From an uncultured Candidatus Saccharibacteria bacterium (GTDB lineage: Bacteria; Patescibacteriota; Saccharimonadia; Saccharimonadales; JBBQAJ01): a stretch of 41,741 nt of DNA. Both the position numbers and the translations under genes were made by a program. A model generated the notes under the pieces. It saw only the letters and a program-made list of their open reading frames with translations, was not told the DNA's origin and did not search any database. The stretch is from assembly GCA_964593805.1 (NCBI GenBank), contig CAZQHP010000002.1, positions 1 to 41,741 on the forward strand. Direction: 5' to 3'. Of the stretch, positions 27,346 to 35,387 are shown piece after piece. Position 1 is the first letter of the stretch. Each line of letters starts with the position of its first letter.

Positions 27346-28948
27346 TTTTTTGTTTGTCGTGAGTTATAACGACTTTGTCAGTCACGTCAAACTTGCCTAT
27401 GTATTTGCCTAGCATAAGCCTGGTCTGCGAATAAAGAGCAGCAAATGAGTTATACATGATAGTAGTTACGGGAAGCAAAACCCACTGCAGCATCATGAAT
27501 ACGTTGCGCCGCCGCTTATAGCGTTCGGGTTTAGGGGGCAGCATCTTAAGGCTCAAAAACAGCGTGACCACAATACCGGTCAGGGCAATTTGCTGGATAC
27601 GGCTGGCAATAATGGGCAGCTGGTTGGCGGCAAAATTCTGCGGGTTGAACAGTGCCGGAATAAAGGCGGAAAATGCCAAGATGAGCGGCGCTACTGCCCA
27701 GGTTATATGGCCTTCCAGCAAGCGGCCAAATTTGAATATAAGGTCCAGTTTGGGAACTTTGTTGTCAGTAAAAAAGCCCTTTTCGGCCACATAGGCCACG
27801 TCTGAAGCGCCCCAAGCCCAGCGCCTGAGCTGTACAAACTGGGCTTTTAGAGTTTTCCAGTAGGTGGTGGACAGAACAGCATCTTGATAAATGGGTACAT
27901 ATAGCGGGTAGACTTCGTGCTTGCCTTCGTAGCGAAAGTACGTGCGCCAGAACTGGTGGCCGTCTTCCACAATGGTTCGGACACTCCAGAAATCGGTATC
28001 AATCAGCGTTTGTAGGCTCTGGGCGTGAGCCGAAAAGTTGCGGATCATGTGGTGGCGCATAGAAAGTACGATGTTCCAAAATGAGTTGCCGGTGGCAATA
28101 ACGCGCATCGGAGCCGGGGCATCCCATATATTGTTGGTATAAATCGGTATTGGTTGGTAGGAAACGTATTTGGGGTCAGCGGTGGCGGCATACAGATAAC
28201 TGAGCGCACTCAGATAGTATTTGTGCGGGCGATTGTCCGCGTCAAGCGTGGTAACAATGACATTAAGAGGTTTAATTTTGGTAGTGGCAATATACTTCTC
28301 AAGTTCGCGGCCGGCATAGGTTACGTTGCCGCCTTTGCCAATGATTTCCCCGGGAATGTCTTGAGGGTGCTTAACCGCAAAAGCGTGTTTGAAGTGTTTT
28401 TTATAGTCTTCTACCAATTGCCTAGCTTGAACTTCCGTCTCTGGGCCGCCTCGTTCTTCGTAGGCTAGAATCAAAATAACTTGTTTGTTGTTATAGTCGG
28501 AATCCAGTACTGACTGGATGGTTGGCTCAAGTACTTCCCTGCTTTCGTTGTAGGTAGCAACCATGACGGCGTGGATGATATCATCTGGTTTTATGGGTGT
28601 GGGCTGTTCGGCAACCCGCAGTACGTTTTCATAATGCCAAGAGGGTATGTGGCGATCCGCTTGGTCTGTTTTGCCCGTGCTAAGTTCTTGCAGCATCTGC
28701 GGCCATGGCAATTTTTGGTGCTGATTGAGCATTCTGAAACCCTGGATAGCGCGGATGTTCAAACCGATTGCTTTGGCAAACCAGAGTAGTAAATACGCTA
28801 AGATAAAGAACACGCAAAGGCTCGGGTTTAGTTGGCTGAGCACAAATGGCAAAGCCAAAATAGTCCAGCTTATAAAACCTGGCAGAATTTCAAAAAACCT
28901 ATAGCGCTTGCCGCGTTCTTCAACGTACGGGATTTCAATGTTTCTCAT
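27338..28948 (-). CDS. Membrane-embedded processive family-2 glycosyltransferase (cellulose / poly-GlcNAc synthase-like)
   Basis: VMVATYNE, TLDADN and QLRRWAWG (the D,D,D,QxxRW signature), flanked by multiple TM helices. Confidence 0.8.
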   Translation of the reverse strand: MRNIEIPYVEERGKRYRFFEILPGFISWTILALPFVLSQLNPSLCVFFILAYLLLWFAKAIGLNIRAIQGFRMLNQHQKLPWPQMLQELSTGKTDQADRHIPSWHYENVLRVAEQPTPIKPDDIIHAVMVATYNESREVLEPTIQSVLDSDYNNKQVILILAYEERGGPETEVQARQLVEDYKKHFKHAFAVKHPQDIPGEIIGKGGNVTYAGRELEKYIATTKIKPLNVIVTTLDADNRPHKYYLSALSYLYAATADPKYVSYQPIPIYTNNIWDAPAPMRVIATGNSFWNIVLSMRHHMIRNFSAHAQSLQTLIDTDFWSVRTIVEDGHQFWRTYFRYEGKHEVYPLYVPIYQDAVLSTTYWKTLKAQFVQLRRWAWGASDVAYVAEKGFFTDNKVPKLDLIFKFGRLLEGHITWAVAPLILAFSAFIPALFNPQNFAANQLPIIASRIQQIALTGIVVTLFLSLKMLPPKPERYKRRRNVFMMLQWVLLPVTTIMYNSFAALYSQTRLMLGKYIGKFDVTDKVVITHDKQKII

Positions 28949-29304
28949 CAGCGAAGAAGTAAGAGCGCGTTACTGATAACTAGCGAAAGCAAAATCAGCA
29001 ACAGCCCCATACCCAAAATCACAATTGCAAAGTGGCGGCGCAAATCGTAAACACGAACACTTAGTACGGTGTGAAAAACCAGAACCAGCAGTGCGAATAC
29101 CGCGAAACTCAAAATCCCGGAGTTATCGCCTTTGTAGTAAGCACTCAGTCCAAGACTAGGGCGAAATTGGACTATGTAACCCTCTGCCCTTGAACCATCC
29201 AGTTTAAGCAGAATCAACACGCCGGTCAGCACTGCAAAAAACGTGTTGGCCGTCAGAAGCAGCAAAACAATTCGGTCATGAATATAACGTGTAGGCGTGT
29301 GCAT
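28948..29304 (-). CDS. Small membrane protein (118 aa, about 3 TM helices), translationally coupled to the GT2 gene
   Basis: Hydrophobic segments are visible. Its stop overlaps the GT2 start codon (ATGA-type overlap at 28946-28950). Confidence 0.5.
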   Translation of the reverse strand: MHTPTRYIHDRIVLLLLTANTFFAVLTGVLILLKLDGSRAEGYIVQFRPSLGLSAYYKGDNSGILSFAVFALLVLVFHTVLSVRVYDLRRHFAIVILGMGLLLILLSLVISNALLLLR

Positions 29305-29350
29305 TTCTAAATAGTTTACAGCTTTTAGCAGTCAGCGTACAGAGCTCTAA

Positions 29351-29425
29351 TGGTGCGGGTATCGGGAATCGAACCCGACTCTCAACCTTGGGAAGGTTAT
29401 ATATTAGCCACTATACGATACCCGC
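29351..29425 (-). tRNA. tRNA-Gly (anticodon CCC), CCA encoded
   Basis: A 75-nt cloverleaf: acceptor GCGGGTA/TACCCGC, anticodon loop TTCCCAA, T-loop TTCGATT. Confidence 0.88.
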
Positions 29426-29502
29426 TGGAGCCACCTCGGGGATTCGAACCCCGGACCCCCACTTTACGAAAGTGGTGCTCTAGCCAACTGAGCTAAGGTG
29501 GC
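29426..29502 (-). tRNA. tRNA-Thr (anticodon CGT), CCA encoded
   Basis: A 77-nt cloverleaf: acceptor GCCACCT/AGGTGGC, anticodon loop TTCGTAA, T-loop TTCGAAT. It directly abuts tRNA-Gly with no spacer. Confidence 0.88.
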
Positions 29503-29715
29503 AAAACTTAGACCGTGCCATTATAACAAAGATCCTCGGAGATTGGTTGCTTTTTACCCCTGTAACTGCTATGCTTTTGTCTGTCTTTAATGACACCATC
29601 CCAAAATTTCAAACCAAGGCAAAGCCTGTTTGGGATTTTGAGAGGAGGAACATAGCTACAGACCGAAGCTTTTGCCGCTTTAGGCAAAACGAGGTAGTGG
29701 CGTAGGTTCCAACGA

Positions 29716-29791
29716 GGGCTCGTAGTGAAGTGGTTATCACGCCTCCCTGTCACGGAGGAGATCGCCGGTTCAAATCCGGTCGAGCCCGCCA
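29716..29791 (+). tRNA. tRNA-Asp (anticodon GTC), CCA encoded
   Basis: A 76-nt cloverleaf: acceptor GGGCTCG/CGAGCCC, anticodon loop CTGTCAC, T-loop TTCAAAT. Confidence 0.9.
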
Positions 29792-29793
29792 AG

Positions 29794-29822
29794 TTGACTT
29801 AATACCACTTCTGTGGTATTAT
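29794..29822 (+). promoter_or_regulatory. Near-consensus promoter starting 3 nt after tRNA-Asp, with leaderless geometry
   Basis: TTGACT (29794-29799), a 17-nt spacer, then TATTAT (29817-29822). The ATG at 29830 is 7 nt downstream and there is no SD. Confidence 0.55.
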
Positions 29823-29829
29823 TTATTTT

Positions 29830-30339
29830 ATGCTATTCCTGTTAACTGGCGGCACTATTGATAAAATGCCCGTACACCTCCCTGATGGTACTTTTGATAA
29901 CGACTCGAAGGTCTTTGGAGAAACTCATCTGCCAGAAATGCTTGAGAAAGCGCGCTTTGCTGGCAGGCACACCATAGAAACCTTATTTATGGTCGACAGT
30001 CTAGACATGACTGACGAACACCGGGCACAGATAAATACTGCTCTTGAAGCCACTGACGAAACACAAGTTATTATTACACACGGTACAGATACTATGCCGG
30101 ACACGGCTCGATTTTTGGATCGAAACAAAAAATTGGCAGATAAAACAATTGCGCTTACGGGTGCAATGATACCTTACAGTATGGGCGAAACTTCTGATGC
30201 TCTATTTAACCTAGGTAATGCAATTGCTTATGCTCAAAGCTTGCCATCGGGCATATATGTAGCTATGAACGGTCAAGCTTTTGAAGCAGACAATGTACGC
30301 AAAGACTTAGAGGCTGGTGTCTTCACGACGCTGAAATAG
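29830..30339 (+). CDS. Asparaginase/glutaminase-family protein, N-terminal catalytic domain only (169 aa)
   Basis: LLTGGTIDK (catalytic Thr motif), ITHGTDTM and LTGAMIP motifs are present. The C-terminal domain of classical asparaginases is absent. Confidence 0.6.
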   Translation: MLFLLTGGTIDKMPVHLPDGTFDNDSKVFGETHLPEMLEKARFAGRHTIETLFMVDSLDMTDEHRAQINTALEATDETQVIITHGTDTMPDTARFLDRNKKLADKTIALTGAMIPYSMGETSDALFNLGNAIAYAQSLPSGIYVAMNGQAFEADNVRKDLEAGVFTTLK

Positions 30340-30368
30340 TTCCATACCTGTAAAGTTACGGACCGCCA
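30336..30368 (+). repeat. 33-nt direct repeat, copy 1 (L element), ending in CCGCCA
   Basis: ATAGTTCCATACCTGTAAAGTTACGGACCGCCA matches 31039-31071 at 31 of 33 positions. Confidence 0.8.
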
Positions 30369-30371
30369 TTA

Positions 30372-30400
30372 TTGACATTTATTATGTTATATTATAGTAT
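30372..30400 (+). promoter_or_regulatory. Near-consensus promoter with leaderless geometry
   Basis: TTGACA (30372-30377), a 17-nt spacer, then TAGTAT (30395-30400). The ATG at 30407 is 6 nt downstream. Confidence 0.55.
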
Positions 30401-30406
30401 ATAACT

Positions 30407-31024
30407 ATGTCCTTTTTCCCAGCTAACGAACCTTTTCCAACCCCCGCCAAGAGAACTTCAGATGAGTTATACAATGATGCGCACGCTAACTTTGCAGTTG
30501 GCTATACTGATGTCGCTCCTCGAGATCCCCAAACTGGTAAGTTTCTCTTCCTGAAACGGGTCATTCCACCAACAACAGGTGTACCATGGTTTATTGGCGG
30601 GCGAATCATACCCGGAAAAACTAATGCCGAGAGCGCAGCTGCGCACTTGAAAGATGACACTCACATTGCGGCCTCATCGGACCGCTTTAAAGAAGTATCT
30701 CATTGGACGATTACTCATGTTGAGCCCGCCACGGCAAGTGAAAAAGAACATGTGCGGCACTGTCAGAACACTGTGTTAACTATTGACCTTACGCCAGCAG
30801 AAATAGAGCGTCTTGCACAGGAAGATGCTGCTGGCACATTAAGTGAAGAGTACGAGCCTAACAGCGCTGAATGGTTTGACCCGTCTACTGATGATGCCAG
30901 CCGACTTCAACCTCCTGTTAGGCAGTTCTTGCGTGATTACTTTAGTCACGAAGTTATGATGACAGCCCTTCACACTATGGCACTAGAAGAGAACGAACAG
31001 CGTTCTAATCCTTCTGTAGTGTAA
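30407..31024 (+). CDS. Nudix-fold-like protein with a degenerate Nudix box
   Basis: GGRIIPGKTNAESAAAHLKDDTHI aligns position for position with the Nudix box GGx5Ex7REUxEExGU. The metal-binding Glu/Arg residues are replaced (E to K, RE to AH, EE to DD). Confidence 0.4.
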   Translation: MSFFPANEPFPTPAKRTSDELYNDAHANFAVGYTDVAPRDPQTGKFLFLKRVIPPTTGVPWFIGGRIIPGKTNAESAAAHLKDDTHIAASSDRFKEVSHWTITHVEPATASEKEHVRHCQNTVLTIDLTPAEIERLAQEDAAGTLSEEYEPNSAEWFDPSTDDASRLQPPVRQFLRDYFSHEVMMTALHTMALEENEQRSNPSVV

Positions 31025-31038
31025 TTAAGCTTTTGATA

Positions 31039-31110
31039 ATAGTTCCAAACCTGTAAAGTTATGGACCGCCAAGTTGACTTTATACTACTTTTATGGTAGT
31101 ATTTTTTATT
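31039..31110 (+). repeat. Composite junction repeat: L element copy 2 (31039-31071) fused to a copy of the sequence that follows tRNA-Asp (31072-31110, includes a promoter)
   Basis: CCGCCA AGTTGACTTTATACTACTTTTATGGTAGTAT parallels 29786-29822, CCGCCA AGTTGACTTAATACCACTTCTGTGGTATTAT. I count roughly 27 of 32 identical positions. It contains TTGACT (31074-31079), a 17-nt spacer and TAGTAT (31097-31102), 8 nt before ATG 31111. Confidence 0.75.
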
Positions 31111-31713
31111 ATGTCTCGCGGAGTTGTTATTGGACTTGCCTCCTTACCCGGAGCTGGCAAAGGTGAACTGGCAGTTCAGCTGGAATTGTTAGGAGCGGAG
31201 CATTTTCACGTTGGAGACGTTGTGCGCACCACTGCTCAAGCCAATGATTTTGAGCCCGAAGTAAACGCGCGCGAAGCCTACCTGCCTTTTTGGAGACTAT
31301 ATAGTGCAGAACACGGCGAAAACTGGCTTGCCAGGCTAGCCATGGCTCACGCAGAAGAAAAACAACGCCCGGTTGTAGTTGATGGCGTTAGAATAGCTGC
31401 TGACGCTGAGACTATCGCCTCTGCAGGAACTATGTATTGGCTTCATGGTGATTTGCCTATCCTGGGCAAACGCGTTTTAAAGCGATCTAGAGCCGAGGAT
31501 CATGAAATCGTTTCTGTTGACGAGTATGTTGAAGCTATGAAAAGAGATTTAGCAGACATGGGAAATTTCTCAATGGGAGCTGTCCGGGAATTATGTACCA
31601 TACACCTGCTACCAATTCCGGAAATTCAAGATGAGGTTGAGAGAGCGGAAAATTATCACAAATTAGCTGTCTATGTGTTGGAAACTAGTCTTGGATTAGG
31701 CGTTTCTGCTTGA
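31111..31713 (+). CDS. P-loop nucleotide/nucleoside kinase-like protein
   Basis: GLASLPGAGKGE (Walker A of the adenylate-kinase/dephospho-CoA-kinase-like type) and VVVDGVR. The start is set at MSRGVV (31111), consistent with the promoter position. Confidence 0.45.
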   Translation: MSRGVVIGLASLPGAGKGELAVQLELLGAEHFHVGDVVRTTAQANDFEPEVNAREAYLPFWRLYSAEHGENWLARLAMAHAEEKQRPVVVDGVRIAADAETIASAGTMYWLHGDLPILGKRVLKRSRAEDHEIVSVDEYVEAMKRDLADMGNFSMGAVRELCTIHLLPIPEIQDEVERAENYHKLAVYVLETSLGLGVSA

Positions 31714-32066
31714 CTTTGCGGGGGCTCGGTTGCCGTCATCTCTACTACAGCCGTAATGCCGTATGCGCTCAGGAAACTAGTTATAGCTCGTACATGTTCT
31801 GGTAAAACCCCTAGATCCGGCAAATCTTTTTCTTCCAAGCTTGTCAAATATCTGCCAAAGCTTTCCACGTGGCGAATTCTGATGCCCTCTTCGGCATCTG
31901 TATAGAAAGCTCTGGCAATAGCGCCAAATATAATACGTGGGGTGTCAAACGGTAAATCCTGCCACCACACAAATGCGTCCGATGGGTCAGAATCTACGGC
32001 CGAATGGATAATTTTCTCTGCTGGCATAAACTCATAATCCATCCATATCACAGTATTGGCAATCAT
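31671..32066 (-). CDS. Hypothetical protein (131 aa)
   Basis: An ORF with ordinary composition and no recognisable motif. Its 3' end overlaps the convergent kinase-like gene by 43 nt. Confidence 0.4.
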   Translation of the reverse strand: MIANTVIWMDYEFMPAEKIIHSAVDSDPSDAFVWWQDLPFDTPRIIFGAIARAFYTDAEEGIRIRHVESFGRYLTSLEEKDLPDLGVLPEHVRAITSFLSAYGITAVVEMTATEPPQSQAETPNPRLVSNT

Positions 32067-32121
32067 GAGGTCAACTACGGCTTTGAATAGCCGAAATAGA
32101 TATCACTGCTGGTATAAATGC

Positions 32122-33204
32122 TCAGTTTTTTATCAAAATCTGGGCTTTTTGTTTGTCTTTGAGATCATTCAAATATGACGAGATGTCTTTGAAATTGAAC
32201 AACATATGGGCGGCATGAATTTTGCCATCGCTGGTTGTTTCAATGTTTTTGACTATTTCCAGCGAATAGCCAATGTTTATGACGTCCGAAAACTGGCCCG
32301 GCTGAAGCTTGTATAGCGCGTCTACGGTTTGCGCCGTTAGATCGCGCTTGGTACGCTCTATCGCGCCGATGTCTCCGCCGGTGTCTTTGCTACTTTGATC
32401 GTCTGAGTAATTTTTGGCAACTGCCGCGAAATCCGCTCCGTTTTTTAGTTCTGCCAGAGCCTTATTTGCTCTGTCTGTTGTGGCACTGTCTAGCGTCAAG
32501 ACTACGTTTTGCCTGAGAATTGAATCCCGCAGGCTGCGCTTAAAGTCATCGACCGACCAGCCCCAGTAATCTTTCAAAACGTCTTCAAATACTTTGTCGT
32601 TGTTGCCTAGACGGTTCTGGTTGCGCAAAATTGTAATCTGGTCATTGACTTGCCGTTCGCTGACCGTAACGCTATATTTAGCCGCTAGTTTTTTAACGTA
32701 CATATCGTCCACAACCTTTTCCAGAGCTTGTTTTTTAAAGGCCGCTAATTGTTGTTGGCCCTCGGTAGTCTGAAAATCCAGTTTGAGCTGTGATTCGTAA
32801 TAGTGTGTGTAATGGCGAACTTCAAAAAGATAGCTTTCGTACGAAACAAAGTCGCCGTCAATATAGGCGGCCGGGAATGGGATGACTTGTGACACCCGGT
32901 ACAGAAAACTAGAGGTAGATTGAAACTTATAAATAGCAATGACGCAGTAAGCAAAGAAAGCTATTATACCCGTAATCAACAGAGTGGTGGTGATAAAAAT
33001 GATGCGGTGTTTGGAATGCTGCAAGGGGTAAATGTATTTGCGGGCACTGCCAATAACTTCTTCGCGGTGAGCCGCGATGGTTTCGGTAGTGATGCGCGGC
33101 GCGACTTCTGTTGTGTGAGCTACAACAGGTGTTACTTTGTTTTTTCTTTTAGTTCTTTTAATCCTCAGTTTCGGCAGTTTTGGCTTCTTCAATTTCCTTC
33201 TCAT
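32122..33204 (-). CDS. Membrane-anchored parvulin-type peptidyl-prolyl isomerase (PrsA/SurA-like)
   Basis: Basic N-terminus, one TM helix, a chaperone-like region, then a PPIC rotamase domain (FAAVAKNYSDDQSSKDTGGDIGAI ... GQFSDVINIGYSLEIVK). Confidence 0.7.
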   Translation of the reverse strand: MRRKLKKPKLPKLRIKRTKRKNKVTPVVAHTTEVAPRITTETIAAHREEVIGSARKYIYPLQHSKHRIIFITTTLLITGIIAFFAYCVIAIYKFQSTSSFLYRVSQVIPFPAAYIDGDFVSYESYLFEVRHYTHYYESQLKLDFQTTEGQQQLAAFKKQALEKVVDDMYVKKLAAKYSVTVSERQVNDQITILRNQNRLGNNDKVFEDVLKDYWGWSVDDFKRSLRDSILRQNVVLTLDSATTDRANKALAELKNGADFAAVAKNYSDDQSSKDTGGDIGAIERTKRDLTAQTVDALYKLQPGQFSDVINIGYSLEIVKNIETTSDGKIHAAHMLFNFKDISSYLNDLKDKQKAQILIKN

Positions 33205-33763
33205 TTCTATTAATGGGGTGATTGGTTATAATCACGCCTTGGTCGCGTAGTATGTGCAGCATATTTTTTTGAATTTTGGCTGGGTGATGCACGTCATGTA
33301 TCATCAAGTCGCCCATATATGTCTGCACCATTATTGTACCAAATCCCAGCAGTGTTTCCTGCAGTCCAGCTATCTCATAGTTGACCATTTGGACTTGATT
33401 GAGCCCAATATCCACCACGCTGCGATGGAACAAGCCTTTTTGGGTAATCTGGATAAAACGCTGATCGGTAACAATAAACACGCTGTAGTACCAGGCTATC
33501 CAAGCCGGCATAATACAGATTATCCCCGCTATAAAACCAGCTGCCAGCCCGGCAAAAAACCAGCCAAAGCCAAGTGTTGGCTTGACCGCCGCCGGTATAA
33601 CGCCTAGTAACGGCCCTATGAGTGCCAAAACTAGGCCTTTGCGCATAACAATGGGGTGTTTGCGAAAAACTAATAGTACGTCTTCGTCGTCAAACTGATC
33701 AGCAAAGTACTTTTCTTTTTTTGGAGCTTCTGTTTTTTCTGCCATAAGCGTATTGTACTTCAA
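33158..33763 (-). CDS. Bacterial PH-domain (bPH_2 / YdbS-YdbT-like) membrane protein
   Basis: FRKHPIVM, two TM helices, then YSVFIVTDQRFIQITQKGLFHRSVVDIGLNQV, typical of DUF304/bPH_2. Confidence 0.55.
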   Translation of the reverse strand: MKYNTLMAEKTEAPKKEKYFADQFDDEDVLLVFRKHPIVMRKGLVLALIGPLLGVIPAAVKPTLGFGWFFAGLAAGFIAGIICIMPAWIAWYYSVFIVTDQRFIQITQKGLFHRSVVDIGLNQVQMVNYEIAGLQETLLGFGTIMVQTYMGDLMIHDVHHPAKIQKNMLHILRDQGVIITNHPINRNEKEIEEAKTAETED

Positions 33764-33776
33764 ACTTCAGTAATTT

Positions 33777-33851
33777 TGGTATCCCCACCGCGATTCGAAC
33801 GCAGATCTGCTCCTTAGGACGGAGTTATTCTATCCATTGAACTATGGGGAC
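33777..33851 (-). tRNA. tRNA-Arg (anticodon CCT), CCA encoded
   Basis: A 75-nt cloverleaf: acceptor GTCCCCA/TGGGGAT, anticodon loop GTCCTAA, T-loop TTCGAAT. There is one A-C mismatch at the top of the anticodon stem. Confidence 0.8.
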
Positions 33852-33887
33852 CTGGCAGAGATTATACCTTGGTTTGTTTATTTGAAA

Positions 33888-34352
33888 CTATTCGCGTTCA
33901 AAGTCTTCGTAGACGTGGATGTATTCTGATTTGTCGTAGTCAAATAGTTCGTCTTTGGCAAAAAAGCGAGATATTTCTTCTTCGCCCGAAGCTTTGCTAT
34001 CTGATGCATGAATCAAATTACGGCCCTGGCCAATCGCCAGATCACCGCGAATTGTACCGGCATCCGCCAGCCGAGGGTTTGTGGCGCCGACTAGCGTGCG
34101 CACCGATTCAACGCATTCAAAGCCTTCCCACGCCATAACAATAACAGGGGTGCTTTTCATAAATTTTTCTATACCTAAGTAAAATGGCTTGTCTATTAGG
34201 TGGGCGTAGTGTGCTTGTAATAGGGCGCTATCCAAACTCATCATTTTAATTGCCAGCAGTTTTAAGCCTTTTCGCTCCAAACGACTGGTCACCTCGCCGA
34301 CCAAGCCCCTCTGCAAGGCGTCGGGTTTTAGAATTATCAATGTTCGTTCCAT
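33888..34352 (-). CDS. ndk: Nucleoside diphosphate kinase
   Basis: MERTLIILKPDALQRGLVGEV and NLIHASDS (active-site His). The start is set at 34352. An extended -10 (TGTTATAAT, reverse complement of 34363-34371) lies 10 nt upstream. Confidence 0.9.
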   Translation of the reverse strand: MERTLIILKPDALQRGLVGEVTSRLERKGLKLLAIKMMSLDSALLQAHYAHLIDKPFYLGIEKFMKSTPVIVMAWEGFECVESVRTLVGATNPRLADAGTIRGDLAIGQGRNLIHASDSKASGEEEISRFFAKDELFDYDKSEYIHVYEDFERE

Positions 34353-34425
34353 ATATGTAGGCATTATAACAGATACAATAGCACTGAACAATTTGATTGA
34401 CTGTCATGTGTCGTACAATATGCAT

Positions 34426-35358
34426 ATGCTATTTGCGAAGGCTAAGACTGATTTTTTGGAATACCTGGAGATTGAACAAAACCGTTCCCAGAAAACTATT
34501 GCCAATTATGACCATTACCTAACGCGTTTAATTGATTTTGGCGGTGATATTCAGGTATCGGACATTGAGGCGGAACTTATCCGCAAATGGCGTTTGTGGC
34601 TGAACCGGCTGGGCACAAATACCAGCGATGAACTGCAAAAAACCACGCAGAATTACCACTTAATCGCCCTGCGGAGTTTTTTGAAATTCTGTGCCAAACG
34701 GGACATAAAAGCCCTTAGCGCAGACAAAATTGAGCTGGCGCGAACGGTTCGTAAACAAGTTACTTTTTTGTCGACAGAAGAGGTGGAACGGTTGATGGAA
34801 CAGCCCGATATCAACACCCAAAACGGGCTGCGTGATAGGGCTATATTGGAGTTATTGTTTTGTTCAGGGCTGCGCGTATCGGAACTGGTGGGGCTGGACA
34901 AAGACCACATAAACCTCAAGCGCCGGGAGTTTATGGTGCGCGGGAAAGGCCAAAAAGACCGGCCCATATTTATAAGTACAGATGCCGCCGAGTGGTTGCA
35001 GAAATACATAGATAAACGCACAGATACTACCAGGCCGCTTTTTATAAGATATAGCGGCCAAAAAACGGTAGACCTGTCTGGCAACTTCCACCGGCTGACC
35101 GCCCGCAGTGTCCAGCGCATGGTAGCGCGCTACGCCCTGCTGGCTGGCATAACCAAACACGTCAGCCCCCACACGCTCCGGCACTCTTTTGCCACGGATT
35201 TACTCATGAATGGCGCCGACTTGCGCTCAGTCCAAGCGCTGCTGGGCCACAGCAACGTAGCCACTACGCAAATCTACACCCACGTAACCGACCCCCACCT
35301 AAAGTCAATCCACGAACGGTTCCATAGCAAACACGATGATTTTGATACCGTGAAGTAG
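34426..35358 (+). CDS. Tyrosine recombinase, XerC/XerD family
   Basis: N-terminal SAM-like domain (FLEYLEIEQNRSQKTIANYDHYL) and a catalytic domain with RHSFATDLL ... LLGHSNVATTQIYTHV. The start could be any of three in-frame ATGs (34393, 34420, 34426). I chose 34426 because TACAAT at 34414-34419 sits 6 nt upstream. Confidence 0.85.
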   Translation: MLFAKAKTDFLEYLEIEQNRSQKTIANYDHYLTRLIDFGGDIQVSDIEAELIRKWRLWLNRLGTNTSDELQKTTQNYHLIALRSFLKFCAKRDIKALSADKIELARTVRKQVTFLSTEEVERLMEQPDINTQNGLRDRAILELLFCSGLRVSELVGLDKDHINLKRREFMVRGKGQKDRPIFISTDAAEWLQKYIDKRTDTTRPLFIRYSGQKTVDLSGNFHRLTARSVQRMVARYALLAGITKHVSPHTLRHSFATDLLMNGADLRSVQALLGHSNVATTQIYTHVTDPHLKSIHERFHSKHDDFDTVK

Positions 35359-35387
35359 CGAAATAGCTGCTGGGGTCAGCTGAGAAA

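Noticed and set aside
29508-29792. 94-aa minus-strand ORF
   Set aside because: It begins antisense to tRNA-Asp and covers the divergent tRNA promoter spacer, with no coding signal.
34426-35358. The Xer-family recombinase as the integrase responsible for the tRNA-Asp cassette array
   Set aside because: It is 3 kb away, separated from the array by housekeeping genes (PPIase, PH-domain protein, tRNA-Arg, ndk). It has the typical XerC/XerD length and motifs. The sequence alone does not link it to the repeats.
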